A DNA stretch of 64,000 bases from positions 69,378,001-69,442,000 of the forward strand of contig OZ024742.1 in NCBI GenBank assembly GCA_964016885.1, in the 5' to 3' direction. Made by a program: the position numbers and the translations under genes. The notes beneath the pieces are model-generated. The model did no database searches. It was not told the origin of the DNA and saw only the letters and a program-made list of their open reading frames with translations. The DNA is from Eledone cirrhosa. Its lineage: Eukaryota. Positions 34,447 through 47,567 of the stretch are shown here, one piece after another (position 1 is the first letter of the stretch; the number at the start of each line of letters is the position of its first letter).

Positions 34447-37400
34447 ATGACCTCACTCAGAATAGGCAGCATAAATGCGCGTGGCTTGGGGTCGTCATGG
34501 AAGCAGGGCCACCTGCTCAACGACCTCAGGTCACTAAACATAGATGTGGTGGCCATCAGCGAGACCAGAATCTCCGAAGCACAGGCTTTCGCACCGATCT
34601 TCGGCGGCTACGATGTGTACGCATCTCCCAACCGTCCGGGATCGGGGGGGGGGGAGGAGTTGCTGTGCTTTTTCGGAGAGGTTTGGATCTTGCCATACGG
34701 GCCATCTTCCTGGACCCAGAAGGTAAGTTGGTGGTGCTGGACGTGACTAGCGGAGACGGGCAAGCTTTCAGGTTAGTGGCCGTCTATGCCGCGACAGGAG
34801 TAGGGCGGCCTGATTTCTTCCGGCGTCTGGAGACCTTTCTTGGAACGTCCCGCTCTTTAGTGTTAGTGGGCGACTGGAACGGGATCTTAGATGCACGCTG
34901 GGTTTGTGTGGGATTAGTAGATAGGGACGGAGGGTGCAAGAGTCTCACCAACCTGCTCAGATGTTTTGAACTGTCTGACAGGTACCGAATGGATTTCACG
35001 AATGTACCAATGTGGACTTGGACAAATCGCATAGGGTCATCCAGATCATATCTAGATAGAGTATTTTGTAGGGAAATAGATAGGTCTAGCATAGGCTGTC
35101 CACTATTCAAGATAGTCAGCTACACGGACCACAAATTCGTGATCTGTGTGCTTGACTTAGATAGGCTTCATAGACGAGGACCCGGCTACTGGAAGCTAAA
35201 CGCGTCCTTACCAGCGCGCAAGGCCTACAGAGACCGGATTAGCGAACTAGTTAAGCGGGCGTTGACGGGGGCCATCGTCAACAACAAGTGGTGGTTTGCT
35301 CTGAAAAGAGCAATTAGAATAGAGTCCATTAGGTTTAGTAAGACTTTAGCAATAGAGAAAAATAGAGCAGAGGGAGAATTAGTTAGAAAATTAGATGAGG
35401 CGCTTAGCAAAGGCATCGCGACCGACGTACTTGCGGCGAAATTGGCCCTTGACCAATTCTTCAATGCAAAGCACGAAGACTGCGTTGTCAGAGCTAGGGT
35501 GCGTGCTCTCAGACACGAGGGGACGAAAGCCGTTCAATGGGCCCGAGTGGCGGAGGCGCGTCGTGGCAACAAAGCCACGATCCGGTCTTTGGTGGACCAC
35601 GACGGGCGCATGCTACTCGATCCCGGGAAAATGTGTGAAGCTTTTCAGCGACACTTCGCTCAACTGTTCGGGGGCAGTGGCGGGCCGGATCGAGGGATGG
35701 ACTTTAGTGTCTACCTCGACGGACTGCCGCGGCTTTCGGCCACTGACGCGGAGTGTTGCGAAAAGCCGATAACAACCGCTGAAGTACGGGATGCAATGAC
35801 TAGTTGCACAAGGGGTAAATCGCCTGGTTTGGATGGTCTGCCCTATGAACTTTACGTACAAATTCCAAACTTGTTCGGAGGTCTCTTGGCGGACGTCTAC
35901 TGCAACTGGCAACAGAACGGGAGAATTCCCAGCTCTGTGAGCCGAGGAGCAGTGGCGCTGCTGAGAAAGGATCCGAACAAGGGGGATAACACAGATAATT
36001 TTAGGCCCATAACTCTGCTAAACACAGAGTTCAAGATTTTGGCCAAGGCGCTAGCAAAGAGGTTGGCGCTTGTCGTTGGTGGTGTGGTGGGAGAGGCACA
36101 GACATGCGCCATTCCCGACAGATCCAGCCACGACAACCTCCACCTCATGCGATACATCGTAGAGAGGGTAGCTAGGGAACCTGGCACGGGTGGGTCTTTG
36201 ATCAATTTAGATCAGTGGAAAGCCTTCGATAGGGTCGACCATCGTTACCTAGAGGCAGTCCTGAGGGCGGCTGGCTTTGGGCCCGTCTTCAGAGGCTAGA
36301 TCGCTGCCATGCACAGCGACATCTGCTCTGTAGTGAGAGTGAACGGTGACCTTTCGGAACCGTTCAACATCATGCGCTCGGTCCGCCAAGGATGTCCCCT
36401 CTCGTCCCTATTGTACGTATTGACTTTCGAGCCATTACTGCACAAACTGGAGACGTTGAGGGGGGTCCCGCGCGAACTAGGATGCGGAAGATCCGTGTCA
36501 GCATATGCCGACGATGTCACCGTAGTGGTGTCGAACGCCAAACACATCGAGGCGATCGGCACTACACTAAGAGAATACGAAGCGGTGACAGGAGCAATGA
36601 TCAACCAGGAAAAGTCAGTGGGCCTGCAGCTCGGCACCTGGAGAGGTAGGTCCATGCCGTCCAACAGCGTCGTCGGGCCCTGGACGGACGGACCGGTTAA
36701 ATTGCTAGGGGTCTGGTTCGGTCCAGACCTCCAGACGGACAAAAACTGGGACTAGGTGACGAGCAGGGTGGCTTCTCTCACACAGAAATGGGCCGAGAGG
36801 AAGCTATCCCTGAAAGGTCGAGCGGAGGTGGCTAACGCGTACATCGCGTCCGTCATCTGCTACCGCCTGACCGTCGTACCTTGTCCTAAACCCCGCCTGA
36901 CTGCGCTGGAGCGTTTGCTCTTTCGCTTCTTGTGGAAGGGACGCGCTCCGATGGTCAGGCGGTCCATCTGCTGTTAACACCCGCTACGTGGAGGGCTGGG
37001 CATGCCGTGGCTGATGATGCGCAGACGCGCGCTCAGGCTACGATATCTCCACCTCTTCCTCGACGGTGATCAGGTGTGGTTGCCGTTTGCTAGACACGTT
37101 TTTCCCCAGCTCGTCTCCTTGACGGAGCTGCAGTCCTGGGTCAAGCGAAGACCGAGAGGGAGCGCTTGGAGACTGGAATGTCTTCAGGCGCTCACAGCCC
37201 TCGACCAATCGGGCAATCTGATCGGTGGAAACTCCACCTTGGCGTTCTATAGGGGATTAGTGGAGGGGAAGAGCGACGACGTACTTGGAGAAACTCTAGG
37301 CGTCGACGAAAATCAACTAGCCAATCTCTTCGGAAGGACTTTCGGGCCGGGGCCTATGGACAACTTCCAGAAATCCCTTGCCTGGCAGTGCTACCGGGGT

Positions 37401-37864
37401 GCTTTGCCAGTTCGGGATAAACTTTACAGGCATGGAGGTGCCGTCAGCCGGGCATGTCCGAGATGCGCACAGGGCGACGAAACCGTCCTGCACGCACTCG
37501 TCCGAGCATTGCTGACTTGTGGGTTTATGTCGAACACCTGCTGTCACGTGTAGGACGGATCCAGCTATCAGCTGAGTCCATCGTGAGGATTGCCCCGCCC
37601 TCTTTTTTTAGCCGGGAAGGGCAGGCAGTTTTTATCTGTCTGGTGGCCATGTCGAAAGAGATAGTATGGTGGACACGTTTGAAAGGGTTGAAGACGAGCA
37701 CTTACCTCTTCGGTGATGCCCTGATTAACTTTTTCAAATTTCATCTGAAAAGGAAAATCAGGGTAGAGAGGGAAGTGCTCTCTTCCCAGCATTTTGTTGA
37801 AAGATGGGTGAGAGAAGCAAGTATGGCCCGAATGAATGGGCCTTCTCTGAGTATGTGTCTGTAA
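34447..37864 (+). pseudogene. Tx1-A ORF2 (APE endonuclease + reverse transcriptase + C-terminal Zn finger), disrupted
   Basis: SINARGL, SETR, VYA, GDWN, YLDR, TDH; PGLDG, FRPITLLN, KAFDRVDH, RQGCPLS, YADD; CPRC..H; frameshift in the G-run ~34650, stops at 36297, 36753, 36975. Confidence 0.92.
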
Positions 37865-38105
37865 ATTAAAGGTGGAAAACTGGGAGAGGAACTTGCCCTT
37901 ATGGTCAGGGCCACTGTGGTCTTTTAATGGGCTTTCTCCACAAATGTCCCTCGGAAGTCTCCCCCCTATTGGGGAATTTTTCTTTGTTATTTTATTTCAT
38001 CCTCTGTTTTTTTACACGCAGAAATGCCCATTTGTACCGTCCTGTATTGTCCTGTACTGTCCTTAATGTCTACTTTATGTAAACCCTTGTGGTTAATAAA
38101 GAAAA

Positions 38106-38151
<46 letters not shown>

Positions 38152-39219
38152 GTTCTTTGAGTCTCAGTCATTGATGTTAGTTAACTGGAAAGTTTGTTGA
38201 AAGGAATATCAAGCCACTACCTGCAGCCTCAGATATTCAGGACGTATCGGAAGGTTCTTGCTGTTCCCAGCAAGCATGCCTTTTGAAGTGTTCCAAAAAG
38301 CGGGACGGGACCAATTTTCTTTAACCATCCTTGGAAACTCTTTGAGATAGTACCTAGTGCGCTTATGACAATCCGGACCACTTTGACTTCATGGCAGTTC
38401 CAAATCCTTTTTACCTCCCACTTTAAGTCCTGGTATCGGTTAATTTTCTCCCTCTCCTCTTGCACTCTTGTGTCGAATGGGCAGACTACAACCACAATCA
38501 GGCACGATCTTTTTTCTTTGTCCACAACCACCAGGTCAGGTCTATTGTGTTCCAGTTTTTTGTCCGTCTGTATCCTAAAATCCCACAGCACCTTCACCTG
38601 ACTGTTCTCCATCACCGCCTCTGGCCTATGCTCATACCATTTCTCAGAATGTGGTAGATTGTTTACTTTGCACAGGTGCCAGTGGATCACCCTGCCCATC
38701 ACATCGTGTCTCCAGCCCTTATAGTGGGTCTGGGCTAGGTGTTTACACTCGGACACAATGTGAGCCACAGTCTCCTCTCTCTCTCCACAGATCCTGCACA
38801 GTGGGCTAGCCTCCTCCTTGTAGATATGGTGCTTCAACCACTTCGTTTTGAGGGCCTGCTCCTGCGCATTCCTTCTGTAGCCTTTTTGAGGTCTCCTCTT
38901 CTCAACCAGTTCCATGTCTGTGGATCTCTAAATTCAGTTTTCTCAAAGAAGGTACTATGAAGGGATTTTCCCTTAAGGCTGCTCTTCCTCCTTGATGTTA
39001 TTTCCTCCTTGGACATCCCCTGGCCTACTGTCCCCTCCTTCAGTACAGTTTTGAGCATTGGCTCCTTACTATAGGTCACGTATTTGTATAGGTTGTTTTT
39101 CTCCATCTGAACACAGTCCTCTATGCTGATAAGACCTCTTCCACCCTCAGATCTCCTCAGGTAGAGTCTATCGACATCACTCCTCTTGTGGAACATGTTG
39201 TAGATAGTCAATAGCTTCC
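38152..39219 (-). mobile_element. R4/Dong-like LINE family B, 3' part
   Basis: ORF 38229-38915 with CRIC, RHD, RPD; 3'UTR abuts (TTA)n 38107-38151. Confidence 0.92.
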
Positions 39220-42200
39220 TTGTCCAAAACCACCAGGTCAGGTCTATTGTGTTCCAGTTTCTTGTCCGTCTGTATCCTAAAATCCCACAGCACCTTCACC
39301 TGATCGTTTTCTATCACCGACTCTGGTTTATGCTCTCCGAATGTGGTAAATTGTTTACTTTGCATAGGTGCCAGTGGATCACCCTGCCCATCACATCATG
39401 TCTCCAGCCCTTATAGTGAGTCTGGGCTAGGTGTTTACACTCGGATACAATGTGAGCCACAGTCTCCTCTCTCTACACAGATCCTACACAGTAGGGTACT
39501 ATGAAGGGATATTTCATGAAGATTGCTCTTTCTCCTTGTTATTTCCTCCCTGGACATCCTCTGGTCTATTGTCCTTTCCTTCAGTACAGTTCTGAGCATT
39601 GGCTCCCTACTATCAGTCACGTATTTGTGTAGGTTGTTTTTCTCCATCTGAACACAGTCCTCTATGCTGATAAGACCTCTTCCACCTTCAGATCTCCTTA
39701 AGTAGAGTCTATCGACATCACTCCTCTTGTGGAACATGTTGTAGTTAATCAATAGCTTCCTAGTCTACCTATCCATTTCTTTTTGTTCAGCAACATTCTA
39801 TCTCAGAATTCCCGCACTGTACCTAATAATAGACACAGCCTGGGAATTTACTGCACTTATGGCATTCCTACTGTTCAGATGTGACTTTAATACGCTCCTT
39901 TCTCTCCGAATGTATTCAGATCTTATCAATTCCTTCATTTTTTTGTTCTTGATGTCATCAGCCTCCAGAATACTCAAATACTTGTATCCTTCTTCAGTGT
40001 CAATTTCCTTTATCATCTCACATGTTGGTACCTGGATTCCGTTGCTTCTGCTCTATTTACCCCCTCTTCATCACAAGGACTCCACACTTACTAATACCAA
40101 ATTGTATACATATATCATTGCTGAAAATACGGACAATGTCAACAAGCACATCCAACTCCTTCTCACTCTTGCCGAAGAGCTTAAGATCGTCCATGAAGAG
40201 GAGGTGATTGATGGTAAGCTCTCCCTTTCCCAACTTGTATCCTGCTCTCAGTTTTCGCAGTATAATGGTCAGGGGTATCAGGACAAGGACAAACAACAGA
40301 GGAGACAAATTATCTCCCTGGAAGATACCTCTCTTGATCCTCACGCCTCCCAAGGATTCTTCAGCCGATGTTAACTCTGTTTTCCAGGACTTCATACTTT
40401 TGCTTAACAACTGTCTGATGTTATCTGCCACCCTGAAGATTTCTAGGCTTTTGGTGATCCAAGAATGAGGCACCATGTCAAATGCCTTTTTGTAGTCTAT
40501 CCATCCCATGGCAAGACCAGTGTGTCTCCTCTTGCAATTCCTCATTATCATTATCAATAAGTAACTGGTCCTTTGTACCACGGGACTTCTTTCGGTATCC
40601 TTTCTGTTCGTCCGGTAACAAGTTGTTTATGTGGAGGTGATGGTAGATTTCCTCAGACACAATGCTTGTTAAGAGTTTCCACATTACGGACAGACATGTG
40701 ATAGGTCTATAGTTGGTAACATCATTACCCTTGATTCGGTCTTTCATTACCAGAACTGTGCTACCTTTTGTCAACCACTCCACTCTGGTACCTCACCTGA
40801 CATCAAGCAGTCATTGAACATGGTTGTCAGTTTCGGGTGGAGGGATGTAATTTTTTTAATCCAATACCCCTGCACACCATCTGGGCCTGGTGATTTCCAG
40901 TTTGTTAGTTTTTTGGCCTGCCCCTTAAGAGTTTCAACTGTGATACTCAAATCAGTTTGTTGGTGGGCACTAATCTCCTTTTGTATTGTCTCAATCCACA
41001 CTGCCTGATCATTATGTTTAACATCCTGCTCCCATATTCCTCTCCAGAATGTCTTAGTTTGTTCCGCTTCTGAGATCAAGTCGTTGCCTCTTTCTTTCCC
41101 TTCAAGCTGTCCAAACAACATCTTCTGGTTGTTGTCAAACATGCGGTTCTGTCTATACTGACTGACTCTGCTCTTGTATCGCCTAATCTTTGCACTCTTT
41201 GCTACAATGCATTGCTTCAGTTCCTCTATGATAATATTTAGCTTTTTCCTCCTAGTTTTGTACTTTATTTCCGGTCTATTATTAGTGTCTATGTTTTTTA
41301 GTGTCCCATTCAGTAGGGACTCAAGTTTTCCAATGTCATTTCTCATTTCCCTGATTTGACCATTCAGTCGTTTCTTTCCCCAAGGTTCTGATCTTTCTTG
41401 CTTGTTGTTTTCTCTCGCTTTTATGCCAAGTAATTTCCTCACCGCATTTGCTGTTGCTTTGAGGATATTGTTGCACTGGTGAAGGCTCCTCGCCTCAAGG
41501 TATGGGATGACTTTGTTTACCTTAGCTGTTGTTTCTTTTAACTTTTTCCTGTCTACAAATCTTAAGTTCTGTCTACAAATCTTAGGTTTCCCACTATCAA
41601 TGTTCATTTCATCTACCACTAAGTTTAGGATATCAACCAAATCTTGTCCTAGCCCGTCAGCATTCATTTCCTCAATGACCGTATCTTTGTCCCAGGTATT
41701 ATTTATTTCAGCCTTCAGATCATTGTCTGCTTCGGATGCTTCCTCCGTTCTCTCAACCTCTTCACCTTCATTTCCCACTGGCTCGTTTGCCAGGCATACT
41801 CCACTCTCCATTTCCAACCTAATCTCTCTGCTCAGTTCCTCCAGTTCCAACTCGCTTATCCACCCATTAGCTCTTATTACCCAAGCCTGCCCGGCCAATT
41901 TTTGTTCATCTAATTTAAATTGACCAATCTCGTTCCAGATGTTATGCATCCGTTTCCTATAGCCTTTTTCCTTGGGGTTACTCTTCAGGTAACATTGCAT
42001 AACAGTTCTATTCAATTCTTTCGTCCAGTTGATTCTGGTCCCTTTCCTTCTTCTTCTTCCTCCAACACCAGCAGTATTTGGATGACAGCCAGGTCCCTGC
42101 TGCTGGGCCAGGGAGCACCTGCTGGGCCAGGGAGCACCTGCTGGGTGAGAGTCTGTCACATGACATTCCAGTCTCCTCTTCACCGTTATTCGAACTTTTT

Positions 42201-42310
42201 AGGTTCGACATTTAAACACTCATATTGAGGATTGGTGAATGTATGGTTACATAACCACCGGTGATTTCATCACCCCGGTGATTTTAGCGTGGCACTATCA
42301 CGCTGTAGAC
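39220..42310 (-). mobile_element. R4/Dong-like LINE family B, near-complete 5' end through RT, RLE C-terminus lost
   Basis: 470-aa N-terminal ORF 40771-42183 (WTKELNRTVMQCY..GYRKRMHNIW..EQKLAGQ), RT fragments 39798-40783; 5' boundary approximate. Confidence 0.88.
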
Positions 42311-42616
42311 GAACATAAATAAATAAACAAATAAATAGATAAAAACTTTAAAAAATAAAAATAAACATAAGTTTCATTGTAATGTTTGAATGTATGACTT
42401 AGTTTTTTTGTTTGTTTGTTTGTTTTTTTCCTTTGCGTTTTTCGTTTTACAAAGCCAGTAACATCGGTTACTAGTGTTGTTGCTGCTGCTGCTAAGGGAA
42501 GTAGGGTTGTTGTGTTCAAAACTTTTGAAATTTGTGTTTGTTGTTGCGTTTGCTTCTGTCTGTGTTCTGTTCTATAATTTTTCGACTTGTTGCTTATCAT
42601 TATTATTTTTTTTTTT

Positions 42617-42710
42617 CTTTCATTTCTACGGAGCCGACACAACAAAGCACCTGCAATACACCGGGACAATTGCTGGCCCCGTGCCAAAAGCAGAAACAAT
42701 TATTATTATT
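42617..42710 (+). mobile_element. SINE 3' half, T>C hypermutated
   Basis: Aligns gap-free to 1704-1791 with mostly T>C changes. Confidence 0.8.
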
Positions 42711-43136
42711 ATATTATAGTTTAGATTTGACATCGTTTAAACCAAACATTTTGAGAGAGTTTAGAGATACAACATAATTATTTTGGTGTTGTTGTTGTTG
42801 TTGTTGTTGTTAGCTGTTTGACCGAGTCACTAAGCCAGTCTATTTATATCTTTTGATACCTTCCTCACTTCTTTTCATGTGTAGCGGTACCACCGCCCCT
42901 CTCTTAAGTAGCGAGGGAATAGTGGCGGTAGCGATGATGCAGTGGTGGCGGTGGTGATGGGGCAGGAGTACTAGAGGGATGGTGTTGGTTTGTATTTGGC
43001 TAGATTTTTTGTGGTAGTGGTGATGGTGACGGTGGCGGCGGCGGTGGTGGTGGTGCTGGTGGTGAAGTTATTTGGCTGTTGTTTTCTAGCCATTTTCTTT
43101 TCTGACTATAAAAACAATTATTATTATTATATTATA

Positions 43137-43223
43137 GCGGTGGATTGGCAGTATCGGTAGAGGGTCGGACACCATGCTTTCCAGCATAGTTACGTCCCTT
43201 TACGATCTGAGTTCAAATCCCGC
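43137..43223 (+). mobile_element. SINE tRNA-like head only (A and B boxes), fused to a Tx1 body
   Basis: gcggtggattggcagtatcggtagaggg...gagttcaaatcccgc, then Tx1-B ORF1 sequence with no spacer. Confidence 0.88.
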
Positions 43224-46200
43224 TTCCGAAACCGTCTCCACTGCTACCAGCAACAGGACAGGCGGCAAGCAGGAAGGATAGGTCCGTGGCACCCATACCC
43301 ACGCCACGGAAAACAAGAACAGCAGCAGCAGTGGAAGTATTAACTACAACAACAGCAGCAGCAGTGGAAGTATTAACAACAACAACAGTAATACCAACTG
43401 CAGCTGCAACAGAGACTCCACTGCAACCATCACCAACAAGAACAAGTGAAAGAGTGGAGCTGGTAACCCTCCCCGACTTCACAGAATCGGACATGGAGTG
43501 AGGTGGGAGAGGGATGGCAAAAGGTCGAAAGAAGGTACAAACGCAGAAGCAGCGCATCGTCGCCTTCGAAAATGGAAGGAAGAAATGAAAAAAGGGTAAA
43601 GGCTACTGCAAAGAGATTAACAGCAGCAACACCACCAACACCATCACCACCCACACTAGCACTACCATCACCACCGGCGGCAACCACACCGCCAACAACA
43701 CCTTCAACACCACCACCACAAGCACCAACATCGCAAACACAACAACAAAACACACAAGGCCAGCAACAACGACAAGAAAATAGCAGAACCACACCCCACC
43801 CCCAGCAAAAGAAATGCACAGCAAGAAATACACACAACAAGAAACTAATGACTTACATAATTGAACACAGACATTTCACAGCACGACTACATAATACCAG
43901 CACCAATCAAAACACCAACGAACATAAGACTGGTAAGAATATCACCGAAACAATACACACACATTAAAATGAAATTCCCCAACGCAGTTGGTGATTTCAG
44001 AGACCAAGGAGGGACAATCAACCGGAGAGTATATTCGGATATATTCATAGAAGAGCTGACGACCAGCCGAAGGGACGATTCAACGGTCCCTTCACCAGAC
44101 AATCAAGGTAAGTGATCCTTTCTCACTTGCCCCGTTCCTCGCCCAACCTGGCCGTACTCAGAATAGGCAGTAAAAATGCACGTGGCCTGGGGTCATCTTG
44201 GAAGCAGGGTCAACTGCTCAACGACCTCAGGTCACTAAACATAAATGTGGTGGCCATCAGTGAGACCAGAATCTCCGAAGCACAAGCCTTCGCACCGATC
44301 TTTGGCGGCTACGATGTATACGCATCTCCCAGCCGTCCAGGATCGGAGGAGGGGTTGCCGTCCCTTTCCGGAGAGGCTTGGATCTCGCCATACGGGCCAT
44401 CTTCCTAGACCCAGAAGGTAAGTTGGTGGTGCTGGACGTGACCGGCAGCGAAGGCAATGCTTTTAGGCTAATAGCCGTCTACGCCCCAACAGGGGCAGGA
44501 CGGCCAGATTTCTTCAGACGTCTAGAGACCTTTCTTGGAACGTCCCGCTCTTTAGTGTTAGTGGGCGACTGGAACGGTATCTTGGATGCACGCTGGAATT
44601 GTGTGGGGCTAGTGGATAGGAGAGGAGGGTGCAAGAGTCTCACCAACCTGCTCAGACGTTTTGAACTGTCTGACAGGTATCGACTGGATCACCCGAATGT
44701 GCCAATGTCGACATGGACAAACCGCATCGGGTCATCCAGATCGTATCTCGATAGGGTATTCTGCAGAGAACTAGATAAGGCTAGTATAAGTTGTCCACAA
44801 TTTAAAATATCGACTACACAGACCACAAATTTGTGATCTGTGAGATCGACATAGACAGATTTCATAGACAAGGGCCTGGTTACTGGAAGCTGAAGGCGTC
44901 TTTCTCGGCGCGCAAAGCCTACAGAGACCGGATTAGCGTATTAGTTAAGCGGGCGTTGACGGGAGCGGCCGTCAACAACAGGTAGTGGTTCGCCCTGAAA
45001 AGGGCAATTAAAGTAGAGTCGATTAGGTTTAGCAAAGGAGTAGTGATAGAGGACAATAGAGTAGAGGGAGAGCTAGTTAGAAAGCTAGAAGAGGCGTTTA
45101 GGACAGGCATCGCAACCGACGTGCTTGCGGCGAGATTGGCACTCGACCAATTCTTCAACGCAAAACACGAAGGCTGCGTTGTCAGAGCTAGAGCGCGTGC
45201 TCTGAAACACGAGGGGACAAAAGCCGTCCAATGGGCCCGGGTGGCAGAGGCGCGACGTGGCAACAAAGCCACAATTCGGTCTTTGTCTGACCAAAACGGG
45301 TGCGTGATGCTCGAACCCGAGCGGATGTGTGAAGCTTTTTAGCAGCACTTTGCTGAACTTTTCGGGAGCAGCGGCGGCCCGGATTAGGGCATGGACTTCA
45401 GTGCATACCTCGACGACTGCCTCGGCTCTCGACGACCGCAGCAAAGTGTTGCGAATAGCCAATAACAGCCGGTGAAATACGGGAAGCGATGGCTAGCTGC
45501 ACAAGGGGTAAATCGCCAGGTTTGGATGGTCTGCCCTACGAGCTTTATGCATTTATGCCAGACTTGTTCGGTGACCTCTTGGCAGACGTCTACTGCAACT
45601 GGCAGCAGAATGGGAGCATTCCCAGTTTTGTGAGCCGGGGAGCAGTGGCGCTGCTGAGAAAAGACCCGAACAAGGGGGATGTTATCGATAACTTCAGGCT
45701 TATAACCCGCCTAAACGCAGAGTTCAAGATTTTAGCCAAGGTGTTAGCAACGAGGTTGGCGCTTGTCGTCAAGGGTCTGGTTGGAGAGGCACAGACATGC
45801 GCCATTCCGGACAGATCCATACACGACAACCTCCTCCTCATGCGATTCATCATATAGAGGGTGGTTAAGGAACCTGGCACGGGTGGGGCCTGATCAACAT
45901 GGATCAATCCAAAGCATTCGATAGGGTCGACCATCGGTCCCTGGCGGCGGTCATCGAGGCAGCCGGTTTCTGGCCCGTTTTCAGGGTTGGATGGATGCGA
46001 TGTACAGAGACATCTGCTCAGTTGTGAGGGTGAACGGTCACCTGTCGCAGCCGTTCAGCATCATGCGCTCAGTCCGCCAGGGTTGGCCCTCTCGTCCCTC
46101 TTGTACGTATTGGCTCTCGAGCCGTTACTGCACAAACTGAGTGCGATGAGGGGCGTCCCACGCGAACTAGGATACGGCAAATCCGAGTCGGATTACGCCG

Positions 46201-47556
46201 ACGACATCACCAAGTGGTGTCGAGAACCAGACACGTACTGATGCTCGGCACCGCTCTCAAGGAATACGAAGCGGTGACAGGAGCAAAGATAAACCAGGAA
46301 AAGTCGGTGGTCTTGCAGTTTGGCACCTGGAGATGCAAGTCCATGCCGTCCGACAGGGCCGTGGGGCGTTGGACGGACGGACCGGTTAAATTGCTCGGGG
46401 TCTGGTCGGAGCGGACCTCCAGATGGAGAAAAACTGGAACGAGGTGACGAGCAAGGTGGCCTCCCTCACCCAGAAATGGGCCGAAAGGTGGCCGAAAGGT
46501 GGCGAATGCGTACATCGCATTCGTCATCTGCTACCGCCTCACCGTCGTCCCTTGCTCCATCCCAACTCTCACCAAAATGGAGCGCCTCCTCTTCCGCTTT
46601 TGGTGAAAGGGACGCGCTCCCATGGTCAGACAATCCATCTGCTGTCAACACTCGTTGCGTGGAGGACTTGACATGCCATGGCTGATGATGCGCAAACATA
46701 TGCTGAGGCTGCGACATCTCTGGTGCTTCCTTGACGGTGAACAGGTGTGGTCGCGGTTCGCCAGGCACGTTTTCCCACAGCTCGTCTCCTTGACGGAGCT
46801 GCAATCCTGGGTCAGGAAAACACCGAGGAATAGCGCTTGGAAACTGGAATGTCTCCAGGCGCTCACTGCCCTCTGCCAGCTGGGCACCAGTATCGGTGGA
46901 ACATCCACCTCGGCGTTTTATAGAGGACTAGTGGAGGGGAAGAGCGACGACGTTCTCAGAGAGATCTTGGGCGTCGAAGAGGATCAGTTGTTTGCTCTCT
47001 TCCGGTGAACCTTCAGTCCGGGGCCTATGGATAACTTCCAAAAATTCCTGGCCTGTCAGTACTACCGGGGTGTGCTGACGGTTCGAAATAACCTCTACAG
47101 GCATGAAAGGGTTGAAGACAGATACTTTACTCTTCAGCGAATCCATAATTAACTTTTTCAAGTTTCACTTGAAGAGGAAAATCAGGGTGGAGAGGCAAGT
47201 GCTGCCTTCTAGCAAGTTTGTTGGTTGAAAGGTGGGTGAATGTAGCCTGAATGGTCCGAGTGAACGGGACCGCTCTGAATATACGCCTGTAGGTCAGGGT
47301 GGCCGTGGTCTTTTGTGTGGTTTTCGCCACTAGTACCCCTCGGAGGTTTCCCCACTATTGGGGATATTATTCATTGTTTCAATTTTGATTTTTATTGTTT
47401 ATATATATATATATGTTTCTATTTCTTTTTATTCCTTTCTGATATAAATAATAAAAATCTCTACACGCACAAAACCCACATCGTACCATCCTGTACCGTC
47501 CTATGCCGTCTGTAATGTTTTTCTTGATGTCAGCCTTTGTGGCCAATAAAGAAATC
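43224..47556 (+). mobile_element. Tx1-like LINE family B, 5'-truncated in ORF1, degenerate
   Basis: ORF1 tail KFPNAVGDFR..DNQGK, APE, RT, family-B 3'UTR ending ggccaataaagaaatc + (ATT)n; deletions near 47104 and 47291. Confidence 0.92.
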
Positions 47557-47567
47557 ATTATTATTAT

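Larger units (their letters stand above)
32232..38106 (+). mobile_element. Tx1-like LINE family A, full length (~5.9 kb), inactivated
   Basis: 5' GGCGACCTACG after (ATT)n, ORF1, ORF2, 3'UTR, (ATT)n tail; same 5' nucleotide as 55977 and 61824. Confidence 0.95.
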
